DNA of 64,000 nucleotides, taken from Macrostomum hystrix (taxonomy: Eukaryota > Animalia > Platyhelminthes). Under the pieces are notes generated by a model. The model was not told the DNA's origin. It saw only the letters and a list, made by a program, of their open reading frames with translations, and made no database searches. Below are positions 15,201 through 27,500 of this stretch, one piece after another (position 1 is the stretch's first letter; each line of letters opens with the position of its first letter). Both the position numbers and the translations under genes were made by a program. The stretch lies in the NCBI GenBank assembly GCA_950097015.1, contig CATNEN010000038.1:4526001-4590000 (forward strand), written 5' to 3'.

Positions 15201-17372
15201 GCCTGTTTTTTATTTTTATATTCTCTAAACTTCGTAGGCGGCGATGATCAGCAGCCTCAGCAGCAGCAGCGCCGTCGGAGTCAAGCCACCGGCGATTTGC
15301 TTCTTCAACAGCAGCAGCAGCAGTCGTCGCGGTGTTTGCACTGGCGTCCGAAAGTTTCGGAGCGCGATCTGGAGGCCTACCTGCAGCAGGTGCGCGCCAA
15401 GTTTGTCGGCTTTCGCGTGCAAGGCGACTTGACTAGCCTGGCCGGCCTACCACCGCCGATTCACGAGAGCGTCAAAGTGCTACGCCAGAATCTCTACGTC
15501 AGCCTGGCCGAGGTTCAGATGCGTCAGGAGCGGGACATTGTCAATTATCCGCTAACTAAGGGCAGGGCCGAGGTTAGTTTTGACTGTCTAATTTGTTAAC
15601 TACTGAAAAATATTGGCACACCAGGACCACCGTTATCCCGCTTTACGTACGTATAAACTCAGCTAGTCGCTAAAACGGCCCATTTTAGGGCTAAACAACG
15701 AAGGGACAAACGTTTTACTTACTCCCTGTTTTTAAACTCGCGTCCAAGGTGATACCAGATAGCCCAGCTGAGCACCTGTACCGCCAGATGATGCCGCACA
15801 TACCGCAGTACATGATCGCCCTGCTCAAAGTGCTCCTAGCGGCTGCTCCAACCAGCAAGCCCAAGACTGAGACCATCAATCTGGCCTCGGATCTGCTGCC
15901 GCCGGAGATGCCGCAGACTCTAGTGCAGTCTGTTCGCCTCAGCGTTGACGTCAATCGGCATAAGGAGGTCATTGTTAAAGCCATCTCTGCTCTGCTACTG
16001 CTCCTACTGAAGCACTTCAAGGTTAGTTTTCATATACATGACCTATCCGGGAGGGCTGAGAATGTCTGTCGACTGGAAAAAATCTTACAACCGAAATACC
16101 TCACTCCCTTAACAGTAGAAAGCATATAGCATATTCTATGGCGAATGCATATTAGTTAAAAAAAGTTACAATTTGATTAATCCAAAATAGATAACAATGA
16201 TAGCCGACATAACTACATGAGCAAAAAGAATATGCCCATATATGTGGTTTTTGGCACCAGACACTTCGACGAGAATCGTTGGAAGTTGTTTCATCGGATA
16301 TGACGGAAATACCGTCATTTACCTAAATGAATTTCAGGTAAATCACGTGTATCAATTCGAGTACGTCTCCCAGCACCTCGTATTCGCCAATTGTATTCCG
16401 CTGGTACTGAAGTTCTTCAATCAAAATATTCTAAGCTACGTTGAGTCCAAGAACAATATCTCCCAGTTGGACTTTCCCGGCTGCGTTGTGCGCAACGGCG
16501 AAGACGCCTCGCTTGGCGCCGCGGCTTCGGCTCTGTCCGAGGCCGAGGCCCTGGCCCAGGAGCCCAGCTGTCCTGGCGACTTCTGCTGGCGCAATCTGTT
16601 TAGCTGCGTGAACCTGCTGCGCGTGCTGAACAAGCTGACGAAATGGAAGCACAGCCGCACCATGATGCTAGTGGTGTTCAAATCGGCGCCAATTTTGAAA
16701 CGTGCTTTGAAAGTGCGCAATCCGCTGCTGCAGGTGAGTTAGTTGCTAATTGAATGATTTTTGGACTAAGAAATGGACTGTGCTGTATATGGGATGTAAG
16801 TGACAGCTTAATTAGGGCTTTCAATGAACGATAATGAGGGCTTTCAATGAGCGATAATGTGGGCTTTCAATGAGCGATAATGTGTCTAAAAATAGGCTCC
16901 AATGTCATCAGAATGTTGTGCTTAAAATTATTTCGATTACTGGCTGAAATTTCTCCTGCTCCAGGTGTACGCGCTGAAGCTAATCAAAGCCCAGACCAAG
17001 TACATGGGCCGACAGTGGCGCAAGATCAATATGACCACAATGTCCGCCATCTACGAGAAGGTCAGGCACAGGCTAACCGACGACTGGGCGTTCGCCAATG
17101 ATCTGGACGCCCGGCCGTGGGACTTCCAGGCCGAGGAGTGCTCTCTGCGCAGCGCCGTTGATCGCTTCAATCAGCGCCGATATTCGTCTGGAGGATCGGC
17201 TGCCGGCCTGCCCGAGTCTCTGGCACCCGTTGACAACAATGTGAGCAGTGTGCTCAACACACAGGTAACGCTGACCGATCATTTTAAAAGGAATTATCAG
17301 CACTGGCTGGAGCAGGAGGTTTTCTCCGCCCCAATCAACTGGGACCTGGTGCTGAGCTCGATGCGCACCTGA
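12247..17372 (+). CDS. STRIP1: Striatin-interacting protein (STRIP1/2, FAM40); exons 12247-12656, 13105-13481, 13579-13781, 14393-14720, 15238-15572, 15749-16021, 16338-16733, 16965-17372
   Basis: Family motifs [130 protein letters not shown]; in-frame GT-AG junctions. Confidence 0.95.
12685..12920 (+). mobile_element. Diverged copy of the unclassified ~230-bp dispersed element, in STRIP intron 1
   Basis: Shares GAAGGC..CTTGTCG..TTACGC..GCACAGTGAGAGTGTACACTGCCTGA with 55144-55370. Confidence 0.75.
13880..14385. repeat. 41-bp minisatellite AAGCCCTCTAATTATAAATGAGTCACCTGTTATCAGTTAAC in STRIP intron 3
   Basis: Direct reading; the last unit runs into the acceptor at 14392. Confidence 0.97.
16814..16882. 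repeat. Short 23-bp x3 tandem repeat GGGCTTTCAATGAGCGATAATGT in STRIP intron 7
   Basis: Direct reading. Confidence 0.85.
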
Positions 17373-17995
17373 CACTTTGACTTGGCCGGCCTACTCATAG
17401 TAGCTCATATTGCTTTTTTCAGTGTTATTGTAAGAATGCTAGTTTAAAAAGTGATATTATATGCAACTTCAGTTGTTCATCTGTTCATCTGTTCATCTCG
17501 TATTTAACATCTGAGGTGAAAGGACAATGAAGTTTTGTTTATTTTTTACTACTCTGTTTAAATATTAACTTGTCATCCGGTTTTGTCGGATTTTTAAGGC
17601 GCGAGTACTTTTAATTACCTTCTTATAGTTTTCTATTTGATACGTGCCTAATCCTAATGATGCTTATTTAGTCCTATCGCTTTTTACTTCGTCTAGTTTA
17701 TTGCTTTAAATAGAAATACAAATTTTATTTGCCTTCCTTCTGTTCAATAGCTTTTTATGACTATTTTACTGTACTAAATAATTTAGTTCGAAGACATTTA
17801 GCCGCACCGTGTTCATTTTTATTGGCTTTAATATAGTGTTTAATTTTAATCTTGCTCATATATGCTACTTGTTAGTAACGACTCGCGAACATTTTAACTG
17901 CTGTCTGCTTTTTGCTATTGTACTGTTTTAACAAGTACAAGCTCTGTATTAACCTGTACTGTAACTGGCAACTGTCTAACTATCTTCCTGGGTAA

Positions 17996-18280
17996 CCCAC
18001 CGACTACCTTATCTACCCAGATACCCCACTGTCTACCTTATCTACCCGATACCCCACTGTCTACCTTATCTACCCAGATACCCCACTGTCTACCTTATCT
18101 ACCCAGATACCCCACTGTCTACCTTATCTACCCAGATACCCCACTGTCTATCTTATCTACCCAGATACCCCACCGACTACCTTATCTACCCAGATACCCC
18201 ACTGACTACTTTATCTACCCAGATACCCCACTGACTACTTTATCTACCCAGATACCCCACTGTCTACCTTATCTACCCGA
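17996..18280. repeat. 29-bp minisatellite CTACCTTATCTACCCAGATACCCCACTGT (intergenic)
   Basis: Direct reading. Confidence 0.96.
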
Positions 18281-18652
18281 GCATCATATTGTCCCCTGTT
18301 TTTGCTTAAGCATGCCCAGAAAATCTGTAAAAAAGTTTTTCTGTTGAAAAACATGTATAAATGCAAAAAACACTGCACTGAATTGTTTTTAATAAATATG
18401 CGAGGCATATGCTGGTCTTTTTTTAGTTAGTAAAGTCGGTATTAAATTTTTTTTCTATTTAGTTTCACAATTAAGTAGGTCAAGAGTTATGAAGGAAAAA
18501 TAAAGACATAGAAACAAATTTAAGTGAATGTTTTCTACCTACACTACTGTCAGTAAAAATATGAAAATATTCTAGAAACTTCAGATTTCAAATTAGCAAA
18601 AAGGAAACTATAATCGCAGGAATCTTTTTTCTAGATAAAAAAATATTAAAAC

Positions 18653-18979
18653 ATGGGCGGAGACGGTCACGGTCACGGTCATGGTCACGCCGCGCCCAAG
18701 TGGGCCCCGCCAGACTGGCGCCTGTACAAAGTCCAGGGCGTGCCCAGAGCCGAGGAGCACGTTCAGCGCCTAGCGGCCCTGGGCCTGAAAGATCCTTGGG
18801 TGCGCAACGAGGTTTGGCGCTATCACCCGGAGTTCCACCGCAGCCCGCTGCAATGGATGGGCTGGCTGGTGACTAGGGGTGCCCGCATTGGCGGCGGCGC
18901 CTTCTTCGTCTATTTCATCTACGACAGAGTGATCGCGCCCAAGTTTCAACACAAAGAGCATCACGCCGAGCATCACTAA
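18653..18979 (+). CDS. NDUFB3: NADH dehydrogenase (ubiquinone) 1 beta subcomplex subunit 3 (B12), single coding exon
   Basis: His-rich termini, PDWRLYKV, LAALGLKDPWVRNEVWRY signature, one transmembrane segment. Confidence 0.93.
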   Translation: MGGDGHGHGHGHAAPKWAPPDWRLYKVQGVPRAEEHVQRLAALGLKDPWVRNEVWRYHPEFHRSPLQWMGWLVTRGARIGGGAFFVYFIYDRVIAPKFQHKEHHAEHH

Positions 18980-19321
18980 AGATTGAATATAAAATAGTGA
19001 AATACTGATTGTTAGCTCATCTGTACATGATTTAGTAATTCATTTAGCTTATAGCCGCAGCATAGGATTAAGGAAGGATAGATAATTCGACTTTTTTATG
19101 GGATGCATTGTAAATTAGAGTTCAATATAGACAACTCTGTGTTTAATTTAGCTAATTTAGAAGACAACTGCTTGCTCAACAGCCTTTGCAAGTTTGTTTA
19201 GTATAATTATTAAATAAATGTGAAATTTAATCATCTTAATTTGTTTATTTTGGCATTCGGCTGTTTTACTTGTCTCTTCCCAGACGCTTCATTCTTATTA
19301 TGCTGAAATCAAAGCATGAAA

Positions 19322-19995
19322 TCCTAGAATCGTAGTAGGAATCGAATCTGGAATCGAAGCAGGAATCGAAGCTAGAATCGTAGCAGAAATTAGTTCTACG
19401 TAGCAGAAATAAAAGGCAAAATCGTAGCAGGAATCGAAGCTAGAATCGTAGTAGGAATCGAAGCTAGAATCGTAGTAGGAATCGTAGCAGGAATCGAAGC
19501 TGGAATCGAAGCAGGAATCGAAGCTGGAATCGAAGCAGGAATCGAAGCTAGAATCGTAGCAGGAATGGAAGCTAGAAACGTAGTAGGAATCGAAGCTAGA
19601 ATCGTAGTAGGAATCGAATCTGGAATCGAAGCAGGAATCGAAGCTAGAATCGTAGCAGAAATTAGTTCTACGTAGCAGAAATATAAGGCAAAATCGTAGC
19701 AGGAACCGAAGCTAGAATCGTAGCAGGAATGGAAGCTAGAAACGTAGTAGGAATCGAAGCTAGAATCGTAGTAGGAATCGTAGCAGGAATCGAAGCTGGA
19801 ATCGAAGCAGGAATCGAAGCTAGAATCTTAGCAGAAATCAAGGCTAGAATGGTAGCAGGAATCGAAGCTAGAATCGTAGTAGGAATCGAAGCTAGAATCG
19901 TAGCAGGAATCGAAGCTAGAATCGTAGCAAAAATCACAGCTAGAATCGTAGCAAAAATCACAGCTAGAATCGTAGCTGGAATCGCAGCTAAAATC
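19322..19995. repeat. 12/24-bp compound minisatellite (GGAATCGAAGCT/AGAATCGTAGCA) with an internal higher-order duplication
   Basis: Direct reading; TAGTTCTACGTAGCAGAAAT recurs at ~19391 and ~19663. Confidence 0.95.
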
Positions 19996-20052
19996 GCTAA
20001 ATTGACCATGTGAAAAACATTTGTGCATCGATTTCAGCGAGATCGGTTGATA

Positions 20053-21517
20053 ATGGCAACCGCATCTCATCCTTCGCCATCTTTCACCTGTCCTCTGCTG
20101 AGTCTAATCAGCGAGTCGATCCAGGAACCGCTGCCAGGCCCCGTGGAAGCCATGTCCGACAGCGAGCTGCAAAATCTGAACTCGAATTGGTCAGCCAAGC
20201 TATTGGCCTGCATTGATAGGCTCGCACTGATGCTAAAGCCTTCTGAAGGCGGCGAATCTTCTGGAGCCAAACGGTAGGATTATAAGAATCAGTATTTAGA
20301 TATTCAGATATTGAGCGTCTAGTGGTTTAGGCGTCGGAGTTAGAAGATCGGGGGTTCGATTCCTGGCTCCACTACAACAATTAGATTTGATTCAGTTCAC
20401 CCAGCTGTTACAATGGTTACCAGAATTAACTGGGGGTGGGTGTGGCATCCATACCAGTCCATGGACTGTAGCTGTCTGCTGCACGTCATCCGATTGGGGT
20501 AGGTGTATTCAATTATGGTGGCTTCTTTGTAGATTCGAGCTTTGGACCTTAGTGCGAGCAGGAACTTACATACTTACTCCCATCCTTTCACCTGATTGCC
20601 AAGCCAGCCCGTCAGCCACGTTAATTAAGCTTCACCTGTTCTCCACGGGCTGTCAGCTCACTGAAGCTGCTTGGTCTAAGCCTGAATTGGCCCTATCAGC
20701 TGCCAGCCGCCTGTGCCCCCTGCTGCCACCGCTGACCGCTGCTGCTTTCAATGCCCTGGACTTTCAACCGGCTCTCGGCGCCTCTGCGGAGCCCGGCTGC
20801 GTGCCGTTCAGCATCGCCTCGATGGTGTCCCTGCTGTGCCGTCATCCCGGCCTGGCCTACCCGGCCGCTGAGCACCTCTCACAGACTGCTCAACGGCACT
20901 GCGTGTCCCTGACTGCCCGCCTGTGCTCGCACCACACCGAACGATGGCAGCTACTGGGCCTTGACTGCCTGGCAGCCGGACTCCTGACTGTCCAGGACTC
21001 CGCCCTGGCTCGCGAACTGCTCAATAAACTCGGCCAATCTCGTGAGCCTAGAATATTGCACCAGGCGCTGCAGCTGACCGCTGAACTGCGACCAATCTGC
21101 CCACCTGACTGGCTGTTGGACACTGTCTACCTGTCCTGCCTGCAGTGCCTGTCCTACGAGTGCCGGGCGCCGCTTCAGCTGGCCCGGCTGGCCGCCCTGC
21201 CTTCTATCATTCGGCGGCTGGGCATCGCCAGCATCAAATACGGCAGCCTGCTTGTGACCTGCATCGACAACTGCCTGTCCAGATGCAGTGCCGACATGGC
21301 CAACTGTGTCTGGCTTGTGCTGGATGCCTATCTGCAGTTCTGCCTATATGAACGGCCTCGATTAGCTCAAGTATTGATTAACTTCGCTTTGCACAATCCG
21401 AAATTAGATTGCAGACATTTGCCAGCTATTGAACCAGGGTTTGTTAATGAGGTCTGCTCCAGACTCATTGCCGAGCTGCCCGAGACTGAGGCCGCGTTGG
21501 CTCGCTACATCACGTGA
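20053..21517 (+). CDS. TTI2: Probable TELO2-interacting protein 2 (TTT complex, ARM/HEAT-like); exons 20053-20273, 20533-21517
   Basis: In-frame GT-AG join (KR/FELW). Segments SHHTERWQLLGLDCL and LSYECRAPLQLARLAALPSIIRRLGI resemble recalled TTI2 motifs (DDYQTENKILGVHCL; MEPEHRLLLRRTYARNLPAFVNRLGI). Divergent, needs an HMM search. Confidence 0.6.
20311..20490 (+). mobile_element. tRNA-derived SINE in the TTI2-like intron
   Basis: A-box-like CTAGTGGTTTAGG, B-box GGTTCGATTCC, core TTCACCCAGCTGT..AATG, and CCAGTC.ATGGACTG shared with 23790-23975. Confidence 0.75.
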
Positions 21518-23219
21518 CTTGAATTGTGTTGTCTTTACTCATGCATTCATTTTAAGAAAAATTTCAAAAGCTATTTTCTGCATACAGGTGTATTTTAAGT
21601 GTTTGAAAAATGCTTATATCTCCGCAGAAGCATCGGTAATTCCTAGAAAAAATCGAATCTTTAAAATTGGTTAGTGTTATGTATACTTTTTAAATGCAAA
21701 AAATCTTGCCATAAACTTTCGTCACCCTTTCAGTAGTGTGTTCGTATTTTTGTTATTTATTAGAACTAGAAATGTAATAGAACATTTGAGCTAGTTGGTC
21801 TTTTTCAATCTATATGTTTTGGTCTTTCCCTTTCGGTGATAGAATTAGCCGGGATATTCAATAAATCATATTTCTCATTTAGCTTTCCCTGATGATGGAG
21901 ATGACTATACACCCCTGCCTAAACTGTCAATTATATAGTGTCATCAAGAGCTAACACCTATTTTACAAGCGCCAGTCTGACTTCATAAACAATATCTCCC
22001 ACACTCTTCCACTTGAACTAGCTTAGTTAGACCTTGACCTCTTTCTCTATACTAAATAAACATCCTGCTTACTGTTTTCCAATAAGGCCGTTTAGGAAGT
22101 GTAGTGTAGTGTTGTGTGAAATAGTGATGCATTATGCATGCCCGCTGTCACTAACTCAGTCCTAGCTGGACAGCCCTCTTTCTTTATAACATGCCAATCA
22201 AAATAATTCACAGCGTAAGCGTGTTTTCGCTTTTCTGTCTATCAGTTTTCAATTTGCTTAAGAATTGGTGTGTCATTCAAGATTTTTTAACAATTTCGAG
22301 TAAAATTTTCCAACATAATAGCAGCAATGTTAGATGCTTAATATTATACACTTTTAGGTCTAAGCTAACTATAGTGTTTGTCTAAAGTCAATAATTTGTG
22401 TTACATTGAGTACTTAGCAGGTGCACTTTTAACTTGAACTCCTCTGAGCTTGCTAATTAATCAAACTAGTAAATTAGTATAGTAGACTAGCTAAGCGAGC
22501 CCCCTTCCTCCGAAAAGCTTATATTTGTAAGCGAGTCTGACAGCTACTATAAGATGAGTATCAATAGAACTAAGGAAGTAGTTTAATATTAATATTAGCA
22601 GCATTGGTTTTTAGTTTAGCTCTCACCTGGGCCAGTGCTTAAAAGTGCTTATATCTTCTAATTAGTTTGCCTAGCGGAGCAGAGAATTTATTCAAGCGAG
22701 TGCATAGTTAGCTCAGTGATAGAATTGTTAGCAAAATAAGTTGATTGTTAAGCTTATTATATTATTTGGGAATGATGAGCTTAATGAATGAATTAGCCAT
22801 TGACTCAATGGCTTTCAATTTGCCATCTGATGGGTTTAAGTGCAACGAATTTAAAATTAGTTTGATTGGTTTACTTGCTGGTATATTCTAATTAATTTGT
22901 TTGGTGGATTATTTATTTAAGATTTATCTTAAAGGAAATCTGTCAATTTGTTCCCCTTTTCGGCCTAAGAAAAAGCATTTTTATTCATTTCAGTTGCTAA
23001 AGCCTTTGGAACGAATGTGTTAATCGAAATTTTTCTTGGCTTCGAAAACTAAAAGCTAGATTATTTTCCTTCTAAAATCGTTTGCATCACTTACTATAAG
23101 GATTCCTGATACTTTTGATTTTCCTAATAAATCACAACTCTCTGATCCCTTTGCTGATCTTATCTGACTTTCCGCTGGCTGATCTGCACCCGTACTCTAT
23201 GGGATTTCACGCCTTTCGT

Positions 23220-23465
23220 CTTACCGTCCCTCTTTCTCCCCCCTCTCTCTAACCCTTTTCCATCTCTCCTTCTTATTATTATCCATCTCCCCTTCTCTCC
23301 TTTTCCCTCTCTTCTCCCCCTCCCTTCTTTCTCCCTCACCTCCTTCCCTCCATTCTCTCCTTCACCTCTCCTCCCGTGTATCTTTCTCCCCTCTATTTTT
23401 ATCCCATATACCCTCTATCCCTCTACCCCATCATAACCTATTTAGTTCACTCTCCCCCTCACTGT
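23220..23465. repeat. CT-rich low-complexity tract
   Basis: Polypyrimidine composition. Confidence 0.8.
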
Positions 23466-23789
23466 CTATAACTTGCCTTTAACTGCCTCATCTTACTAAA
23501 TCTTCAGTTAGCCGAACTTTTTCGGTGGCGTAAAGTTATTTTTTTATCTTTAACTCATTCCTTTATAGGCGTGAGTTTGTTTGAGCACGCGACTAGATTC
23601 TGCAGGCTCCACAGCTGGTAGAATTTGATAAGTTGGCCAAGCGAGCTTATTCAGCTTCAGCTATTTAATATAATCAGATTTTATTCTACACTCTACTCAG
23701 ACGGGAATAGATTGACCTCTAGCTGTCATTTCTGATCTACTAGAATAAATCAGGTTCTTATTTGCCATGCGTCTGTCTAAATGGAAATT

Positions 23790-23975
23790 GTAGCCAAGCT
23801 GTTGGAGCTTTGAACTTTAGATCGAGACATTGGGAGTTCGAATCTCAACCCAATGAAAATATTTCTCATTAAGCAAGACACTTGATTCCTCATCGTTTTA
23901 ATTCACCCAGCTGTAAATATGTGTAGAAATTCGGTCGCCCAGTCGATGGACTGAGCGGCTGTACACAGCCTTTAG
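23790..23975 (+). mobile_element. tRNA-derived SINE (diverged), same family as 20311
   Basis: TAGCCAAGCTG A-box-like, GAGTTCGAATCTC B-box, ATTCACCCAGCTGTAAAT core, CCAGTCGATGGACTG. Confidence 0.7.
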
Positions 23976-24585
23976 AAGTACCGCGCAATAGATGTGTCTA
24001 TGTCACTATGTGTACATTACGCCTAACTGGGCTTGGTGTAATTTCTAGCTGTCTATTTCTGAGTCTCTTTACCCTCTACCTTTATTCTCTATTAGAGCCC
24101 ATTTAGCCACTAAAGTCCTAATTAATAGACGATTAAGTAGTTTAAATTCATAGTTTTCGATACATATCGGCTTAAAATCTCATTTACTAAATCTGCTAGT
24201 AAAGTAAAACAAAGTTTAGTCGCGAAAACGCGCGCCTTTTCTAGTTATAAAGCTAGTTCTTGTTAATAGTTTGTGTCTAAATTAATAAACTTAAGCATCG
24301 AGTGACTTGTTTAAAATATATAACAGAAGATACGATACCTATGCTTTTGTCTTGTGCTCAAGGTATTAGTGTTCTCAAATGTTCCTCTCTCTCTCGAGTC
24401 CCTGTCTCCTCGTTCTCTCTTCCCATTTTCTCTCTCCTCCATTTTCTTATTTTTCTCTTTCCCAGAAACGTATTGAGTTTTTCTATACATATCGGCTATT
24501 CATTAAAAGAAGCATCCCCGCCGACTCTCTCACTTTCCAGCTCGTTTTAAAGTCCAGTTAAAGTGTCGCAGCCACAGCCGCAGCC

Positions 24586-27500
24586 ATGGAGCCAAGCAGT
24601 TCAGACTCAAAGTCCTCTCGGGCGCATCGCAAGCGGCAGTCCGGTCCCAAGGCGGACAAGAAAAAGCAGGCCAAGCTGGCCAGGTCCGACCCGGCCGCGC
24701 CCATGCAGAAGCGCCAATCGCAGCAGCGCAATCCCAAAGCATTCGCTGTTCAACGCGCCAACAAGACTGCGAAAATTGTTCGCCGAACACTCGACCTGGA
24801 GACGGCCAAGCATCACGTGCCGATGCGCAGTCGAGAGGACGACAGCGAGCCGCCGCCGGTTGTTGTTGCCATTGTTGGCGGCCGCGGTGTTGGCAAGAGC
24901 ACCCTACTGACCTCCTTGGTGAAGACATTCGCCAAGCAGAAGCTCAGCAGCGTGAACGGCCCGGTGACGGTTGTTGCCGGCAAACGGAAGCGGCTCACCT
25001 TTATTGAATGCAACGACGATATCAACGTCATGATCGACGTGGCCAAAGTGGCCGACCTGGTACTGCTGATGATCAACGCCGAGCTCGGCTGGGACATGCT
25101 GCTGTTTGAGTTCATCAACATCTGCCAGACCCACGGCTTTCCAAAGATCATCGGCGTGCTCAACCATCTGGAGGCTTACAGGGATAGCAAGGCATTGAAG
25201 AAGTACAAGAAGCGATTGAAGCACCGGTTCTGGCAGGAGGTATACCAGGGCGCCAAACTGTTCTACCTGACCAAACTCATGCACGGCGAGTACCTGAAGA
25301 ATGAGATTCACAACCTGGGCCGATTCATCTCCGTGATGAAGTTCCGCCCGCTACCCTGGCGAGCCAGCCATCCCTACGTGCTGTGCGACCGGTTCGAGGA
25401 TGCCACAGACCCGGAGGAGGTCCGGGCCAATGAGAAATGCGACAGGAAGGTCCTACTCTATGGGTGAGGCTGACTCTTGTGCTAATGCTCATTGTTACCC
25501 TGTTACAGATGTAATTTAGACCTTTCTGAAGGTTTGCTGATTTAGGCAGTTTAATGATGTTTTAGGTACTTTGGTGGACCCATTGTCTTGGTAATATAAT
25601 ATCTATGGCTTTTTCAGTTGGTAGGATAATGCTTCAGAATGTAGAATGATGTGTCTGGAAGTAGGATAATGTGTGAGGTAGTAGGATAATGTGTCAGGTA
25701 GTAGGATAATGTGTGAGGTAGTATAATAATGTGTCAGGTAGTAAGATAATGTGTGAGGTAGTATGATAATATATCAGAAAGTAGAATGATGTGTCAGGTA
25801 GAAAGATAATGTATCAGCTAGAAAGATATTGTATCAGGTAGAAAGATAATGTGTCAGTAGGATAATGTGTGAGTAGTAGGACAATGTGTGAGGTAGTAGG
25901 ATAATGTGTCAGGTAGTAGCATGATGTGTCAGGTAGTAGCATAATGTGTCAGGTAGTAGCATAATGTGTCAGGTAGTAGCATAATGTGTCAGGTAGTAGC
26001 ATGATGTGTCAGGTAGTAGCATAATGTGTCAGGTAGTAGCATGATGTGTCAGGTAGTAGCATGATGTGTCAGGTAGTAGCATAATGTGTCAGGTAGTAGC
26101 ATGATGTGTCAGGTAGTAGCATAATGTGTCAGGTAGTAGCATAATGTGTCAGGTAGTAGCATAATGTGTCAGGTAGTAGCATGATGTGTCAGGTAGTAGC
26201 ATAATGTGTCAGGTAGTAGCATAATGTGTCAGGTAGTAGCATAATGTGTCAGGTAGTAGCATAATGTGTCAGGTAGTAGCATTATGTGTCAGGTAGTAGC
26301 ATAATGTGTCAGGTAGTAGGATAATGTGTGAGGTAGTAGAATAATGTGTCAGGTAGTATGATAATGTGTCAGAATGTAAAATGATGTGTCAGGAAGTAGG
26401 ATAATGTGTCAGGTAGTAGGATAATGTGTCAGGTAGTAGGATAATGTGTCAGGTAGTAGGATAATGTGTGAGGTAGTAGAATAATGTGTCAGGTAGTATG
26501 ATAATGTGTCAGAATGTAAAATGATGTGTCAGGTAGTAGGATAATGTGTCAGGTAGTAGGATGTGTCAGGTAGTATGATAATGTGTCAGAATGTAAAATG
26601 ATGTGTCAGGTAGTAGGATAATGTGTCAGGTAGTAGGATAATGTGTCAGGTAGTAGGATAATGTGTGAGGTAGTAGAATAATGTGTCAGGTAGTAGGATA
26701 ATGTGTGAGGTAGTAGAATAATGTGTCAGGTAGTAGGATAATGTGTCAGGTAGTAGGATAATGTGTGAGAATGTAAAATGATGTGTCAGGTAGTAGGATA
26801 ATGTGTCAGGTAGTAGGATAATGTGTCAGGTAGTAGGATAATGTGTCAGGTAGTAGGATAATGTGTCAGGTAGTAGGATAATGTGTGAGGTAGTAGAATA
26901 ATGTGTCAGGTAGTATGATAATGTGTCAGAATGTAAAATGATGTGTCAGGTAGTATGATAATGTGTCAGAATGTAAAATGATGTGTCAGGTAGTAGGATA
27001 ATGTGTCAGGTTGTAGGATGCTGTAGAAGCTCCATGTCCACACAATGCCGACTCAAATACTGAATTTCGCAGCTACGTCCGCGGCGCCCACCTGCGCAAC
27101 TGCACCGAGGTGCACGTCCCCGGCTGCGGCGACTTTGTCATTGCCGACGCCGCCCGCCTGCCGGATCCCTGCCCGCTGCCGGACGCCAACGGTGGCAAGC
27201 AGAGGCGCAGATCGTTAAACCTGCGAGAGAGGAGCATCTACGCGCCAATGAGCGGCGTCGGCGGGGTCCTGATGGACCGCGACGCTGTCTACATTCACAC
27301 AGGTGGCAGTCATCATCTCAGGGCTCACGACGCCAGCGATCTGGCTGCTGTGGAGACGGTCAGCTCAGCCATTCCGGCTGGTTTGGATGCTCAACTTGAG
27401 CAGGCGCATGCTGTTCGTCTGGTCTCAGACGGCCGCCTATTGTTAGCCGGCGAAATGATTCAACAGACTGACGATCAAGACGAAGATGACGATACCGAGG

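Noticed and set aside
22772-22830. C/D box snoRNA (ATGATGA...CTGA)
   Set aside because: No terminal stem, intergenic AT-rich context, and no recognisable guide
24530-25311. Antisense and alternative-frame ORFs overlapping BMS1, STRIP, USP, Maf and HSD17B10 exons
   Set aside because: Expected by-products of GC-rich codon usage, with no recognisable protein features
25620-27018. CAGGTAG array as Zelda (TAGteam) sites
   Set aside because: Zelda is arthropod-restricted and nothing else points to an insect; treated as part of the general CAGGT enrichment
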